In this document: positions 25,851-34,601 of the stretch, in pieces
Numbering within the stretch: the first letter of the stretch is position 1
Layout: each line of letters opens with the position of its first letter
IMG/VR virus record: IMGVR_UViG_3300037420_000510
Location: 325 to 64,324 of that record
Strand: one strand, 5' to 3'
Origin: a virus
DNA length: 64,000 nucleotides
Notes under the pieces: generated by a model
What the model was told of the DNA's origin: nothing
The model's database searches: none
What the model saw: the letters and a program-made list of their open reading frames with translations, nothing else
Program-made: the position numbers and the translations under genes

Positions 25851-26708
25851 ATGAAATCATTCAAACAGATGCGACTCGATGGCGAGCTGGTGCGCGCGGA
25901 CGCCGAGAAAATCGAGTACGCCAACATCCACGTCGAACCAGGCTTCAACCCCGGCGACCGGAACGAAGAGGACGAGGCTGACGACGAGGAACTGTACCAG
26001 TTCATCATCAAGCACGGCGTTTTGGCTTTGCCGCAGTTGGAAGTGCGTCCGCGCGAAGGCGGCGGCGTGTGGATCGTGGACGGCCACCGCCGGCACAAGC
26101 AGATCGGGCGCGCCATCGCCTCCGGCCACTTCAAGCCCGACGACAAGGGTCGGATGCTGATTTCCGTGCGCCAGTTCAGCGGCAACGACCTGCAGCGCCT
26201 CTACCGCATCGGCACCAGCAACAAGCACAAGAAGATGAAGGCGTTGCAGTTCGCCGAACTGGTGCAGCGCGCGCATGAAGGCTTCGGCCAGTCCGTGCAG
26301 CAGATCGCTGACGGTATGTTGTGCTCGGTGTCGACCGTGCAGCAAGCGCTGATCCTGGCTGGCGCAAACCACGACGTGCACCAGATGGTGAAGGCGGGCG
26401 AGGTATCCAAGACCGTCGCCGTGAAGGTCGTCAAGGAAAAAGGAGAAGCGGCCGGCTCCGCGCTCAAGGAGGCCCGGCAAGCCGCGCGGCTGCAGGGCAA
26501 GAGCAAGGTCACGGCCAAGCAGGTCGAGGGCAACACGCCGGCCGACCTGGTGCGGGCCATCCAGAAGGAAATCGACAGCGGCGGATCGTTCAGGGCCGAA
26601 GAACTCGCGCCGAGGTACGCGCCGCTGATCGTCTACCTGCGCGGATCGTCCGTCCGGATCCCCGCAAGAAGCATCGATACCACAAGCGATTCGCACGCTA
26701 GCGCATAA
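25851..26708 (+). CDS. ParB/Srx-like N-terminal domain protein
   Basis: EVRPREGGGVWIVDGHRRH plus HTH. Confidence 0.8.
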   Translation: MKSFKQMRLDGELVRADAEKIEYANIHVEPGFNPGDRNEEDEADDEELYQFIIKHGVLALPQLEVRPREGGGVWIVDGHRRHKQIGRAIASGHFKPDDKGRMLISVRQFSGNDLQRLYRIGTSNKHKKMKALQFAELVQRAHEGFGQSVQQIADGMLCSVSTVQQALILAGANHDVHQMVKAGEVSKTVAVKVVKEKGEAAGSALKEARQAARLQGKSKVTAKQVEGNTPADLVRAIQKEIDSGGSFRAEELAPRYAPLIVYLRGSSVRIPARSIDTTSDSHASA

Positions 26709-26726
26709 CAACGACAAGGGGAAAAC

Positions 26727-26966
26727 ATGGCAAATCCTGACTACGCCGAATTCGACAAGGCGCTGGTGCGCAACATCATCGCCGGCCGCAACACGATGAG
26801 CAAGCTCGACGGCGAAGCGAGCGGACTGCGCAAGTTAGCTGAGCCGCTCACGCGATACACCTCGTGCCCGATCTTTCGGGTTATCGACCGCCGCCTGCAG
26901 GCCCTGCGCAAGAAGGGCGTGATCCGCTTCAACGGTAAGACGTGGGAGCGTGTAACCGCCGCCTGA
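26727..26966 (+). CDS. Hypothetical protein
   Basis: RVIDRRLQALRKKGVIRF. Confidence 0.65.
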   Translation: MANPDYAEFDKALVRNIIAGRNTMSKLDGEASGLRKLAEPLTRYTSCPIFRVIDRRLQALRKKGVIRFNGKTWERVTAA

Positions 26967-27010
26967 CCGCCGCCCGACCGCCGGGCAACAACAACGACAA
27001 GGGGATTCTG

Positions 27011-27199
27011 ATGAAGGAACAACGCATTCGTCACGACATAGATGACGACGGTTGCTGCACATACTGCGGCGCCGACCTGGCTGAGGCGCATTGGCTTCGC
27101 TCGCAAACGCATCCTGACGACCGTGAGCCAGCCCAGGAATGGGAGCGCTTCTGCCTCCGCAAGGAAGCCGATGTGCGTCGCGGGAAGGTGATGCCATGA
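27011..27199 (+). CDS. Hypothetical protein
   Basis: CTYCG; RBS. Confidence 0.55.
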   Translation: MKEQRIRHDIDDDGCCTYCGADLAEAHWLRSQTHPDDREPAQEWERFCLRKEADVRRGKVMP

Positions 27200-27738
27200 C
27201 CTCGATGAACCTCTTCCGAGAACTGAAGCAGCGCGCCAGCCTGGCCTTTCGCATCTTGTGCGACTTCGACAGCAACCTCGAAGCCTACGCGGAGCGCGAA
27301 CTGCGCGCCGCCGGCTACTGCGATGACGAGATGAAGGGCCACACGGCGCAGGGCGTTCTGGACATGGTGCGCGTGTATTCGCTGCAGGGCCAGCGCGGCA
27401 CGGATGCATCGACCGCTTTGCAACTGTTCGACACGCTCGCGCGCTTCACGCCGATAGTCCCACTGACTGGCGCCGACAGCGAATGGGACGATGTCACCGA
27501 ACTCTCTGGCCGCCCGCTGTGGCTGAACAAGCGCTGCTCGCACGTGTTCAAGGGGGGTGACGGGCAGGCATACGACAGCGAGGCCATCATCTTTGAAAAG
27601 CCGAACGGCGAGCGCCTCACCAGCCGCCAGTTCATCACGTTCCCGTACACGCCGCGCTCGGTCGTCGTGCGCCTTCCGGTCGACGCGACTGAATCGGACA
27701 AGCGGCGGGCCGCGCAGATCGCATGGAGCGCAGCATGA
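27196..27738 (+). CDS. Conserved hypothetical phage protein
   Basis: PLTGADSEW...NKRCSHVFK...ITFPYTP. Confidence 0.7.
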   Translation: MTSMNLFRELKQRASLAFRILCDFDSNLEAYAERELRAAGYCDDEMKGHTAQGVLDMVRVYSLQGQRGTDASTALQLFDTLARFTPIVPLTGADSEWDDVTELSGRPLWLNKRCSHVFKGGDGQAYDSEAIIFEKPNGERLTSRQFITFPYTPRSVVVRLPVDATESDKRRAAQIAWSAA

Positions 27739-28082
27739 GCAAACAATTCAAGGCTGGCGATGTCGCTGTCCTACGCGTTGACGTGGCAAACACTCCATCG
27801 CAGGAGCGCGGCCTGCTCGCCTACGACAGGACGGACGTGAGGGTCATCGGCGGACTGGCATGGCGAGAGTCGTTGACTGGCCCGCTTTACTGCTACGTGG
27901 TGGCAGCCATAGATGGGGCTGTGTTTTTCGCTGAGCCGCACGAACTGTTTCCCAAGCGTCCACCGCGCCGCGCCATCGACGAGGTCGTCCGATGGGAGTC
28001 AGTCGGATGGATGCCGATGGACGTGAAGCTGGATCGGGCCATCAGGCAATCGTTGCGAGATCAGGTGAGGGAGCGGGCATGA
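27735..28082 (+). CDS. Hypothetical protein
   Basis: 4-nt overlaps. Confidence 0.6.
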   Translation: MSKQFKAGDVAVLRVDVANTPSQERGLLAYDRTDVRVIGGLAWRESLTGPLYCYVVAAIDGAVFFAEPHELFPKRPPRRAIDEVVRWESVGWMPMDVKLDRAIRQSLRDQVRERA

Positions 28083-28504
28083 GCACCAAGAGCCCAGGCA
28101 TCACCAGCCGCAACGTCATCGTCCCAATCGCTCGACTGGCCGGAAAGCAAAGAGTGGGGCAGGAAGACGCCGACGAACTTGCGCTGCCGACCTTGATCTA
28201 CCTCGACGCAGCCAAGCGCGGCGCCTGCCCGCACGCCGGCTACAACTCGTTGGCTACCACCTTGCTTGCCGCGGCCAGCATCGCGGTGCAGACGCAGTCC
28301 AGGCGCTTCTACGACATCGTGCACAGCGCCTACAACCTCCTCGTGAAGGCCGGGCTGCGTGAAACGAAGCTGCTCGACCTGACTACGACGGAGTATCAGG
28401 CGATCCGCTCTGCGCTGGCGTGGTACGTGCGATCGCTGCCGATGATCGAGGTGGGTGTGCTGAGTAAGGCGTATGCCCGCGCACAAGCAATGATGGCTCA
28501 ATGA
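28079..28504 (+). CDS. Hypothetical phage protein
   Basis: 4-nt overlap, helical composition. Confidence 0.65.
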   Translation: MSTKSPGITSRNVIVPIARLAGKQRVGQEDADELALPTLIYLDAAKRGACPHAGYNSLATTLLAAASIAVQTQSRRFYDIVHSAYNLLVKAGLRETKLLDLTTTEYQAIRSALAWYVRSLPMIEVGVLSKAYARAQAMMAQ

Positions 28505-28514
28505 GGGCTGGACG

Positions 28515-28892
28515 ATGACACCAACCGATTCCAGAAGTGCATACCGGATCGAACGGATCCTTGACATGCTGATCGAGCAAGACCTCGACCAATTGCAGAT
28601 CACTCAGCGCCTATGCATGAGCGATCCACGCAACGTCGGGCGATACCTGGACTACCTCAAGTCGGAGCAGGAAATCCATATCTGCGACTGGCGCCCGCCT
28701 AAATCGAATGGACATCGCTGGGCCGTTTATCGCATCGGCAAGGGGCGCAACAAGCGGAAGCCGAAGCCAAAGACTCAAACCGAGGTGATGCGAGACTACT
28801 GGCGCAAAAAGGGTCGGCCGAGTTGCCAGCAGCCTCGATACGTCGCTAGCCCGTTCGAAGTCCTGTTCGGTTTGCAGGAGGCCAGAGCATGA
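28515..28892 (+). CDS. Winged-HTH-like protein
   Basis: NVGRYLDYLK...IHICDW...AVYRIG. Confidence 0.65.
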   Translation: MTPTDSRSAYRIERILDMLIEQDLDQLQITQRLCMSDPRNVGRYLDYLKSEQEIHICDWRPPKSNGHRWAVYRIGKGRNKRKPKPKTQTEVMRDYWRKKGRPSCQQPRYVASPFEVLFGLQEARA

Positions 28893-29116
28893 GCCTGTAC
28901 GGGTGCAACAACAAACCCCGCCCGGTGGCCGGCGCGCCGCTACAAGTGCAAGACGGCTATTTCGGGACATACGACCCGGCGCACGCCGCCACGGTTCGCC
29001 TTGCGCGCTGGATCATCGCTCCGTACGCGATGTCGACCGAGTGCCAGTACACCAAGCAGCACGCCAGCGATCCGCAGTGCTCGGGGTGTGTGCATCGCAT
29101 GAAGGAGGCGGCGTGA
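28889..29116 (+). CDS. Hypothetical Cys-containing protein
   Basis: YGCNNKPRP...CQY...CSGC. Confidence 0.6.
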   Translation: MSLYGCNNKPRPVAGAPLQVQDGYFGTYDPAHAATVRLARWIIAPYAMSTECQYTKQHASDPQCSGCVHRMKEAA

Positions 29117-29844
29117 CGGCCTACTACAACGAGATCGACGAGTACGCGGCCGCATGGCTGCGCAATCTGATCGCCGCTGGTCACATCGCGCCGGGGGAGG
29201 TCGACACAAGGAGTATTGAGGATGTACACCCCGCCGACCTGCAGGACTTCACCCAGTGCCACTTCTTCGCCGGCATCGGTGGATGGCCGCTCGCGCTTCG
29301 GCTCGCTGGATGGCCAGATGGTCGACTTGTTTGGACCGGTTCCTGCCCTTGCCAACCTTTCAGCTCGGCAGGCAAGGGAGTTGGGTTTGCTGACGAGCGG
29401 CACCTCTGGCCGGCATTCCACCACCTCATCAGCGAGCGTAAGCCTACAACGGTCCTTGGGGAGCAAGTTGCAAGCCCGGATGGGCTCGTCTGGCTCGACC
29501 AAGTTCAAGCTGACTTGGAAGCATCGGGCTACGCCATCGGGGCGGCTGATCTGTGCGCTGCGGGCGTCGGGGCGGATCACATCCGACAACGCCTTTACTG
29601 GGTTGCCCACTCCAAGCGGAACAAGCAATCACGGGAAGAACCACGTAGCCGGCCGCTTGGACGAATGGGGCGGGTCGAGCAACCCATTCCGTGGGACCGA
29701 GATTGGCAAAGTGCACTCGCCGGGTTTCGAGCTATGGGTGATGGGATTCCCCGCTGCGTGGAGGCAACTGATGCCGCCCGCAATGCGATCGTCCCGCAAG
29801 TCGCCCAGGTCTTCATCGAATGTGTAATGGAGTGCCAACCATGA
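29113..29844 (+). CDS. C5 cytosine methyltransferase, alpha polypeptide (motifs I-VIII and X)
   Basis: FFAGIGG, GSCPCQPFS, GEQV, HIRQRLYW, NAIVPQVA; GTG start after GGAGG. Confidence 0.85.
   Translation: MTAYYNEIDEYAAAWLRNLIAAGHIAPGEVDTRSIEDVHPADLQDFTQCHFFAGIGGWPLALRLAGWPDGRLVWTGSCPCQPFSSAGKGVGFADERHLWPAFHHLISERKPTTVLGEQVASPDGLVWLDQVQADLEASGYAIGAADLCAAGVGADHIRQRLYWVAHSKRNKQSREEPRSRPLGRMGRVEQPIPWDRDWQSALAGFRAMGDGIPRCVEATDAARNAIVPQVAQVFIECVMECQP
29318..29827 (+). CDS. Nested alternative-frame beta polypeptide carrying motif IX
   Basis: Frame open from 29216 to 29827, wholly inside the MTase gene; MVDLFGPVPALANLS...ELWVMGFPAAW. Confidence 0.7.
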   Translation: MVDLFGPVPALANLSARQARELGLLTSGTSGRHSTTSSASVSLQRSLGSKLQARMGSSGSTKFKLTWKHRATPSGRLICALRASGRITSDNAFTGLPTPSGTSNHGKNHVAGRLDEWGGSSNPFRGTEIGKVHSPGFELWVMGFPAAWRQLMPPAMRSSRKSPRSSSNV

Positions 29845-29885
29845 CCAGCGATCGCGACATCTGCGCCATGTGCGCGAAAAGGTGA
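29841..29885 (+). pseudogene. Orphaned 5' end of the gene interrupted by the HNH cassette
   Basis: MTSDRDICAMCAKR* parallels HICALC at the start of 30413. Confidence 0.5.
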
Positions 29886-29888
29886 ACT

Positions 29889-30416
29889 ATGTCTCAACTC
29901 ATAACTCAGGCGCGGCTCCACGAGCTGCTGAACTATGACCCACTTACTGGCGAGCTTCGATGGAAGAAGGTGCGTAGAAAGAGGCAAATCGGAACTGTAG
30001 CCGGAGCCATCACGGTTAATGGGTATCGCATGATTGCCCTGGATGGACGGCAGTACTTGGGTCATCGCCTTGCCTGGCTCTACGTCTACGGCACATGGCC
30101 GAAAGAAATGATCGACCACATCAATCGGGACAAGACCGACAACAGAATCGAGAACCTGCGCGAGTGCACGGCAAAGCAAAACATTGTGAATCGGGTGTTT
30201 AAGAATCGATCCGGGTTACGCGGAACGTACTGGAATCGAGAGGTGCGCAAGTGGGTGGCAAATATCAGCGTCGATTATAAGACGGTCATCATCGGATACT
30301 ACGAAACGGCGGAAGAGGCTCATGCAGCATACCTTGATGCCGCGCGTCGCTTACACGGCGAATTCATTCCGCCAGAGCTTCTCGCGGGAACCTCACTGTC
30401 GAAGGCCGCACCATGA
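29889..30416 (+). CDS. HNH endonuclease with AP2-like C-terminus
   Basis: GHRLAW...IDHINRDKTDNRIENLR. Confidence 0.9.
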   Translation: MSQLITQARLHELLNYDPLTGELRWKKVRRKRQIGTVAGAITVNGYRMIALDGRQYLGHRLAWLYVYGTWPKEMIDHINRDKTDNRIENLRECTAKQNIVNRVFKNRSGLRGTYWNREVRKWVANISVDYKTVIIGYYETAEEAHAAYLDAARRLHGEFIPPELLAGTSLSKAAP

Positions 30417-30661
30417 CTCGAGAATCTTTGCTAGGCCATATTTGCGCTCTCTGCAACGAGTACTCGGTCAAACAGGCCGCCCCGGAGTCCGCCGCCATCG
30501 GCATGGGCCGCTGCCTCGCGCGCCACGATCACGGCCACCTATCCGTGCACGTGGGGTGGGATTGCGAAACGTGCGTGAGCTTCCGTCTCGATCGGGCAAA
30601 TCTGGCAAAGCGCCGGCAGTACGTCGAGACGCAGCGGCAGAAGCAGGAGGGCGGACAATGA
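30413..30661 (+). CDS. Hypothetical Cys-rich protein
   Basis: CALC...GMGRC...CETC. Confidence 0.6.
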   Translation: MTRESLLGHICALCNEYSVKQAAPESAAIGMGRCLARHDHGHLSVHVGWDCETCVSFRLDRANLAKRRQYVETQRQKQEGGQ

Positions 30662-31143
30662 CGATTCTTGCTCTGGACCCCGGCCCAACGCAGACTGGCT
30701 GGGTTTTCTACGACGGTGCGATCGTCTGTGAATCTGGGGTAGCCACTAATGCCGCGATGCTTGATCTGATCCAGATGTGCACGGCTGATCGACTTTGCAT
30801 CGAAATGATCGCCTCGTACGGCATGGCCGTCGGACGCGAAGTGTTCGAAACCTGCGTCTGGATCGGACGATTCCAGCAGGCGTGGCACTCGCCAGAAGCC
30901 GTCGAACTGGTCTATCGCAAGGACGTGAAGCTGCACCTTTGCGGCACGACGAAAGCCAAGGATTCCAACATCCGCCAAGCTCTGCTCGACCTGTTCCCGC
31001 GCTCAGGAGGCGGCAAGACGCCGCAGATCGGCACGAAATCGCAACCGGGCCCGCTATACGGCGTGTCCAGCCACGCATGGCCGGCGCTCGGCGTCGCAAT
31101 CACAGCAGCCGCCAAGCTGCGCACACTGAAGGAGACAACATGA
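30658..31143 (+). CDS. RuvC-like Holliday junction resolvase
   Basis: ILALDPG...CIEMIASYGMAVG...AKDSNIRQAL. Confidence 0.8.
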   Translation: MTILALDPGPTQTGWVFYDGAIVCESGVATNAAMLDLIQMCTADRLCIEMIASYGMAVGREVFETCVWIGRFQQAWHSPEAVELVYRKDVKLHLCGTTKAKDSNIRQALLDLFPRSGGGKTPQIGTKSQPGPLYGVSSHAWPALGVAITAAAKLRTLKETT

Positions 31144-31727
31144 ACGAAGAGAACGCAACCCGGCTTGCCATGCAGGCGGAGGTCGAGAGAGACATCACGC
31201 CGGGCTTGCCGCGAGTCGACCGCGCAATCGCGTTCGTGCACACGCGCGGCATGGCGACGTCCTCCGAGCTGCACATGGTGATGGAACTGGAGCAGGACGA
31301 ACTGGTATCGCATCATCTCGCCGACGCGCTTGCCGATGGCCGGCTGATCAAGGACGGGAAGCGTTGGGCGCCCGGTGTTGGTCCAGCGGTCACGGAGACG
31401 CAGGCGCCGCAATACGCCATCCCGACATTCGTCCCGCCGCAGCCCGTCGACAACGTGGTCTCGCTCGAACCGCAGCGCACATCACGCGTCAAGCCCGTGG
31501 ACAAACTCGATTTCGCCGCGTTCGCCGACATGGTGAACAGCCAGGTCGAGATCGGCAGCGCGCCCGCTCGCAACCCGGCGCCGGTCATCCGCTGCGGCCT
31601 GTGGTCGGATGGCTCCGTCGAGGTTCAGCGTGACGGTAAGACGTCAGCAGTGCTGTTCGTGGAAGAGGTGGCCTGTCTCGCAGATTTCTGGAAGCGCGTA
31701 TCGAATAACACCAAGGAGGCAATGTGA
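31140..31727 (+). CDS. Hypothetical protein
   Basis: GGAG RBS; operon overlap. Confidence 0.6.
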   Translation: MNEENATRLAMQAEVERDITPGLPRVDRAIAFVHTRGMATSSELHMVMELEQDELVSHHLADALADGRLIKDGKRWAPGVGPAVTETQAPQYAIPTFVPPQPVDNVVSLEPQRTSRVKPVDKLDFAAFADMVNSQVEIGSAPARNPAPVIRCGLWSDGSVEVQRDGKTSAVLFVEEVACLADFWKRVSNNTKEAM

Positions 31728-32578
31728 GTAGATTGACTGACCAAGACCGTCGTTTCGGCCCGATTACCTACGGGCGCTCCGACTGGGCGGCGTTTCGCGC
31801 CGTGTTCCGTAGCGGCGACGACGAAGAGTCGCGCAATTCATTCACTGTGAACGCCTTCGGATGGGTGGCGCGCGTGTGGCTTCCAGCGATCCTTCAGCCG
31901 CACAAGGTCAAGTGCGACGCAAAGTACTGGAGTGCCGAAGATATCGCCAGGATGGGCCGCGACTGGTATTACGAAATCTCGCCGCGCGAATTCGGGTTTT
32001 GCCTCTGCCACGGACATCTGTCGGTCTACTACGGCCGGCAAACCGACAGTAGCCTCACGACCAGGCGGCACGGTTGGTTCCTGCCGTGGAGGCAATGGCG
32101 CTACGTCCGTTACTCGCTGTACGACCGCGACGGCAAGATGTTCTGGGAGCAGCACAAGAAGAAGGGCATTCGCGGCATGAAAGCGTTCTCGGATCTGTAC
32201 GAGGCTGAGAAAGCATGTCCGGCCGCCTCGTTTCTGATTCGCGACTACGACGGCACAGAGGTCACAGCACGTACGGTCATCGACGAACGCGAATGGCGAT
32301 TCGGTGAAGGCTGGTTCCGGTGGCTCAGCTGGTTCCGCGCCCCGAAGATTCGCCGCTCATTGAAGATCGAATTCAGTGCCGAGGTTGGCACCCAGAAGGG
32401 ATCGTGGAAGGGCGGTCTTGTCGGCACGGGTATCGACATGCTGCCGGGCGAATTGCATGAATCGGCTATGCGTCGCTACTGCGCGAAAGAGCATCGAGAC
32501 AAGTACGGCAAGTACCGCATCACGTTCCTCAGTGTCGCAACCCAGTCAACCACCACAGCACCTACGGAGTCCGAATGA
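31724..32578 (+). CDS. Hypothetical phage protein (Trp/Arg-rich)
   Basis: 284-aa ORF with overlaps. Confidence 0.7.
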   Translation: MSRLTDQDRRFGPITYGRSDWAAFRAVFRSGDDEESRNSFTVNAFGWVARVWLPAILQPHKVKCDAKYWSAEDIARMGRDWYYEISPREFGFCLCHGHLSVYYGRQTDSSLTTRRHGWFLPWRQWRYVRYSLYDRDGKMFWEQHKKKGIRGMKAFSDLYEAEKACPAASFLIRDYDGTEVTARTVIDEREWRFGEGWFRWLSWFRAPKIRRSLKIEFSAEVGTQKGSWKGGLVGTGIDMLPGELHESAMRRYCAKEHRDKYGKYRITFLSVATQSTTTAPTESE

Positions 32579-32934
32579 CCGCCGCCGAAAAAATCGTCGT
32601 AGAACAAGCGCCCGACGCCGATTCCCCATTCATCGCCGTGATGAAGACTTGGGCGCGTTGGATGACCCTCAAGGATGATATCCGTCGTTCGGCAGGTCTT
32701 TCGCACCCGCAAGATGTCAAAGAGTTCATGTCGTGCGGCGAAGCGGTCGATGCTCTGGTTCACGATCGAGTAGTACTTACCGAGCATCAGCGCTGGGCTG
32801 TAAAGAGGGTTTTTGGGGTCGCATCAGTTTGGCGCTACCCCGATGTCTCATTGCCAGACACTTTTGCGGCAGCCGAAAAAGAATTGACGCCTCGACTGAT
32901 AAAAAATGTTGCCACGCGACGATATTTCAATTAG
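32575..32934 (+). CDS. Putative late regulator (Q position)
   Basis: Last early gene, followed by a promoter and terminator; family not confirmed. Confidence 0.5.
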   Translation: MTAAEKIVVEQAPDADSPFIAVMKTWARWMTLKDDIRRSAGLSHPQDVKEFMSCGEAVDALVHDRVVLTEHQRWAVKRVFGVASVWRYPDVSLPDTFAAAEKELTPRLIKNVATRRYFN

Positions 32935-32937
32935 GAT
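32909..32937 (+). promoter_or_regulatory. pR'-like late promoter
   Basis: TTGCCA-N17-TAGGAT. Confidence 0.55.
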
Positions 32938-32974
32938 AGTCGTGCTAGCAGTCAATATTGCGCTCTAGCGAACG

Positions 32975-33000
32975 AAACCCGCCACATCAGGCGGGTTTTT
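32975..33000 (+). terminator. tR'-like terminator
   Basis: AAACCCGCC-ACATCA-GGCGGGTTTTT. Confidence 0.75.
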
Positions 33001-33104
33001 CGTTTACGGCCCGCTTGGCAGATCGCCTTGGCTGGCCTCAATCCGACGCACAGTGGCTCGGCCCCGCTGATCACCTTCCTGTTGAGTTGCAAAAACGCTG
33101 CCTG

Positions 33105-33332
33105 ATGCGGAGCGTCGGCGCCCGACTGGTGCGCAACCAGCCACCCATTCCATACATCAGCGAGCCAGATATGCAGAAGGAGCCGGAGCCGAGCGGCACC
33201 GATGCGGTATTCGTCGTTGTTTGCCTGCTGATCGCGCTCATCTGGTTTGTCTCGCTGATGGTCGACGCCACGCAGGAGATGCTGCGCGAGGCGCTGGCGA
33301 GATTTATGTTTCACGGGTGGTTCAGCAACTAA
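33105..33332 (+). CDS. Small single-TM protein
   Basis: AVFVVVCLLIALIWFVSLMV; start could be 33171. Confidence 0.5.
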   Translation: MRSVGARLVRNQPPIPYISEPDMQKEPEPSGTDAVFVVVCLLIALIWFVSLMVDATQEMLREALARFMFHGWFSN

Positions 33333-33354
33333 CCGATAGCTTCGCCGGCTCAAC

Positions 33355-33805
33355 CAGCGGCCACACGCATAGCGATTGATGGCGTTCAGTTCGGGTGCAG
33401 TCCGTTCTGTAAGGCTTCTGCACCAGTCGCTAGCCGTGTGGGTAACGGTGCAGAATTGGCTGCATTCATCCCTCGTGGGCGCCTGCGGACGCGTAGGCCG
33501 GATGGTTCACGAAACGAGCCGCCACACATCGACGTTCATTGCCTCGCCGTGCCCGTATGGGACTTGAGAGGCAGTGCGTCGATGTGTGGCGTAAGCGGGG
33601 CGCTTACCCGCGAAAGTGACGTTAAAGCCGGTATGCTCGGCCGGCCTTGAGTGCAAAGAGGTACGGGGTGCGTCACGCATACCCCGTAGTCGGAAATCAG
33701 CGCCGACCGCCACAACGAGTTCCCGCTCTGCGAAAGCATCGGGCTTGCAGGAATCAGCTAGAGCTGCCGCGCTCTCCCGCCGAGCCGGCGCACTTTCGGC
33801 GCGAC
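33355..33805 (+). ncRNA. Candidate large structured non-coding RNA (family unassigned)
   Basis: At least 9 consecutive stems, including a perfect 14-bp stem 33521-33534/33577-33590; no credible CDS. Confidence 0.5.
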
Positions 33806-33807
33806 CT

Positions 33808-34134
33808 TCAAAAGTCCAGCTGCTCGACAGTAATGCCTAGTGCGGCCGCAATTTTTTCGATGGTCGACCGGCGCAGCGACTCACTGTATTCCTGCTTTGC
33901 ATAGGACGGCTGCGAGATGCCCAAGCGCTGGGCCATCTCGGTTTGCGTCAGCTTGAGGTATTCGCGCCAGGCGCGCACCGGCGTGGCGCCGTCCACCGTC
34001 GCGCTCACCACCTCGTGAGGAATGGTGCCGCGTTCGGCAGTGAGGGTTTTTCGGTACTCGTCATACGGAATGACGACAAAGGCCGGCTTCCCGTCCGGCC
34101 CGTTGATCACTTGAATGTTAGTAGGTGCGTTCAT
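33808..34134 (-). CDS. XRE-HTH antitoxin (HigA-like)
   Basis: PAFVVIPYDEY; RAWREYLKLTQTEMAQRLGISQPSYAKQE. Confidence 0.85.
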   Translation of the reverse strand: MNAPTNIQVINGPDGKPAFVVIPYDEYRKTLTAERGTIPHEVVSATVDGATPVRAWREYLKLTQTEMAQRLGISQPSYAKQEYSESLRRSTIEKIAAALGITVEQLDF

Positions 34135-34372
34135 CTCGCTTGCTCACTTCGTTGATTTCGACGATCTTGATTTGCCCGTCCCAATCGAACAACACCCTGT
34201 AATTTCCGACTCTGAGACGATATCCGCTTGAGTGGTTCGTCAGCGCCTTGACGTTCTGGCAGTTCGGCATATCGGCCAGCTTCGTCACCGCATCGCGGAT
34301 CGGTCCTTGCACCTGCTTGTCCAACTTACGCAGTTGCTTGGCGGCTTTAGGGGTCCAGTTGATCGAGTTCAT
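34118..34372 (-). CDS. RelE/ParE-family toxin (toxin-first, HigB-like)
   Basis: WTPKAAKQLRKL...YRLRVGNYRVLF. Confidence 0.9.
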   Translation of the reverse strand: MNSINWTPKAAKQLRKLDKQVQGPIRDAVTKLADMPNCQNVKALTNHSSGYRLRVGNYRVLFDWDGQIKIVEINEVSKRDERTY

Positions 34373-34379
34373 GAGTACA

Positions 34380-34419
34380 AGTATAGCCTAAATATAGCCT
34401 TTGTCAAGAAAAGGCTATA
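34380..34419 (-). promoter_or_regulatory. TA promoter with operator palindrome
   Basis: Minus strand TTGACA-N16-TATACT; TATAGCCTTT...AAAGGCTATA inverted repeat. Confidence 0.75.
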
Positions 34420-34464
34420 ATGAGTTCCGTTGTCTCCTCCAAAACCTCCCTGGTTCTGGATTCG

Positions 34465-34499
34465 CCGCCTGCCGCAGCAATGCACAGGCGGTTTTTTTT
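34465..34499 (+). terminator. Rho-independent terminator
   Basis: CCGCCTG...CAGGCGG plus T8. Confidence 0.75.
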
Positions 34500-34601
34500 A
34501 TTCGCGAGGTGCGTCATGCACATTACCCTCGAAGCGGAACGCGCATGGCTGATGGTTCTCATCCAACTGGAGCGGGATCGCATTGCGCTTCGAGTAGCGC
34601 C

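Noticed and set aside
33355-33805. Assignment to tRNA, group I intron, RNase P, GOLLD or ROOL
   Set aside because: No cloverleaf, no recognisable P/Q/R/S or RNase P signature; I cannot verify GOLLD or ROOL without a covariance-model search
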